Part shown: piece after piece, positions 63,544 to 64,000 of the stretch
Layout: each line of letters opens with the position of its first letter
Numbering within the stretch: position 1 is the stretch's first letter
Source: an uncultured Planctomycetaceae bacterium
GTDB lineage: Bacteria; Planctomycetota; Planctomycetia; Planctomycetales; Planctomycetaceae
Length of the DNA: 64,000 nt
Direction of reading: 5' to 3'
Assembly (NCBI GenBank): GCA_963815195.1
Contig: CAWFGE010000023.1
Coordinates: 448,001-512,000, forward strand
Notes under the pieces: generated by a model
Databases searched by the model: none
Told to the model about the DNA's origin: nothing
The model's input: the letters and a program-made list of their open reading frames with translations, nothing else
Position numbers and translations under genes: made by a program

Positions 63544-64000
63544 ATGGTGAGAATTCTCGTCGTGGATGACTCGGCGGTCGATCGCAGGCTGGCCGGCGGC
63601 CTCTTGCAGAAAAACCCCAACTGGCAAGTGCACTATGCCACCGACGGGGCGGCCGCCCTCAAAGAGATCGAACTGCACCTGCCCGATCTCGTGCTGACCG
63701 ATTTGCAGATGCCCCACATGAACGGGCTGGAACTCGTGGGCAAAGTCCGCGAGGAATACCCGATGATCCCCATCATCCTCATGACCGCCAAGGGCAGCGA
63801 AGAAATCGCCGTCGAGGCCCTCAAACGCGGGGCGGCGTATTACGTCCCCAAGAAAACGCTCTCGCGGGAACTCCACGAGGTCGTCGAGCGCACGCTGCAC
63901 ACCGCCAAGGAGACCCGCTCGCAATCCCGGCTCATGCGGCGGATGGTCCACAACGAAACCACCTTCGTCCTGGAAAACGACCTCTCGCTGATTCCCTCGG
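63544..64000 (+). CDS. Response regulator receiver protein; runs off the window end
   Basis: MVRILVVDDSAVDR, LTDLQMP, LMTAKG, YVPK; GGAGG RBS. Confidence 0.9.
   Translation, partial: MVRILVVDDSAVDRRLAGGLLQKNPNWQVHYATDGAAALKEIELHLPDLVLTDLQMPHMNGLELVGKVREEYPMIPIILMTAKGSEEIAVEALKRGAAYYVPKKTLSRELHEVVERTLHTAKETRSQSRLMRRMVHNETTFVLENDLSLIPS

Overview
GC-rich bacterial chromosome segment, almost certainly from a Planctomycete (Planctomycetaceae-like). Hallmarks: PVC-type CxxCH heme protein, DUF1501, DUF1559 prepilin-like protein, planctomycete ECF sigma + Ser/Thr kinase pair, and many REP-like palindromes. It holds about 45 genes, mostly housekeeping or accessory (adk, czcAB-like efflux, pilT-like, slyD, larB, rpmE2-prfA-prmC, two-component pair, OPT transporter), tRNA-Gly(CCC), two inverted 1564-bp ISKra4-like elements, a 5' fragment of a group II intron and an 8-bp x15 microsatellite. 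About 17-18 apparent frameshifts in otherwise intact genes (including prmC) most likely reflect long-read indel errors, so split ORFs are reported as single genes. Main candidates for new biology: (1) a ClpA/B-type double-AAA+ ATPase fused to a full-length RF2-like domain that has lost the GGQ and SPF motifs (possible ribosome-targeted unfoldase); (2) a two-gene cargo bracketed by perfect 31-bp REP inverted repeats between prfA and prmC; (3) a hairpin + T4C6 slippage site in the IS transposase; (4) a group II intron 5' end joined to a REP hairpin. Family assignments come from reading motifs by eye; no database search was run.
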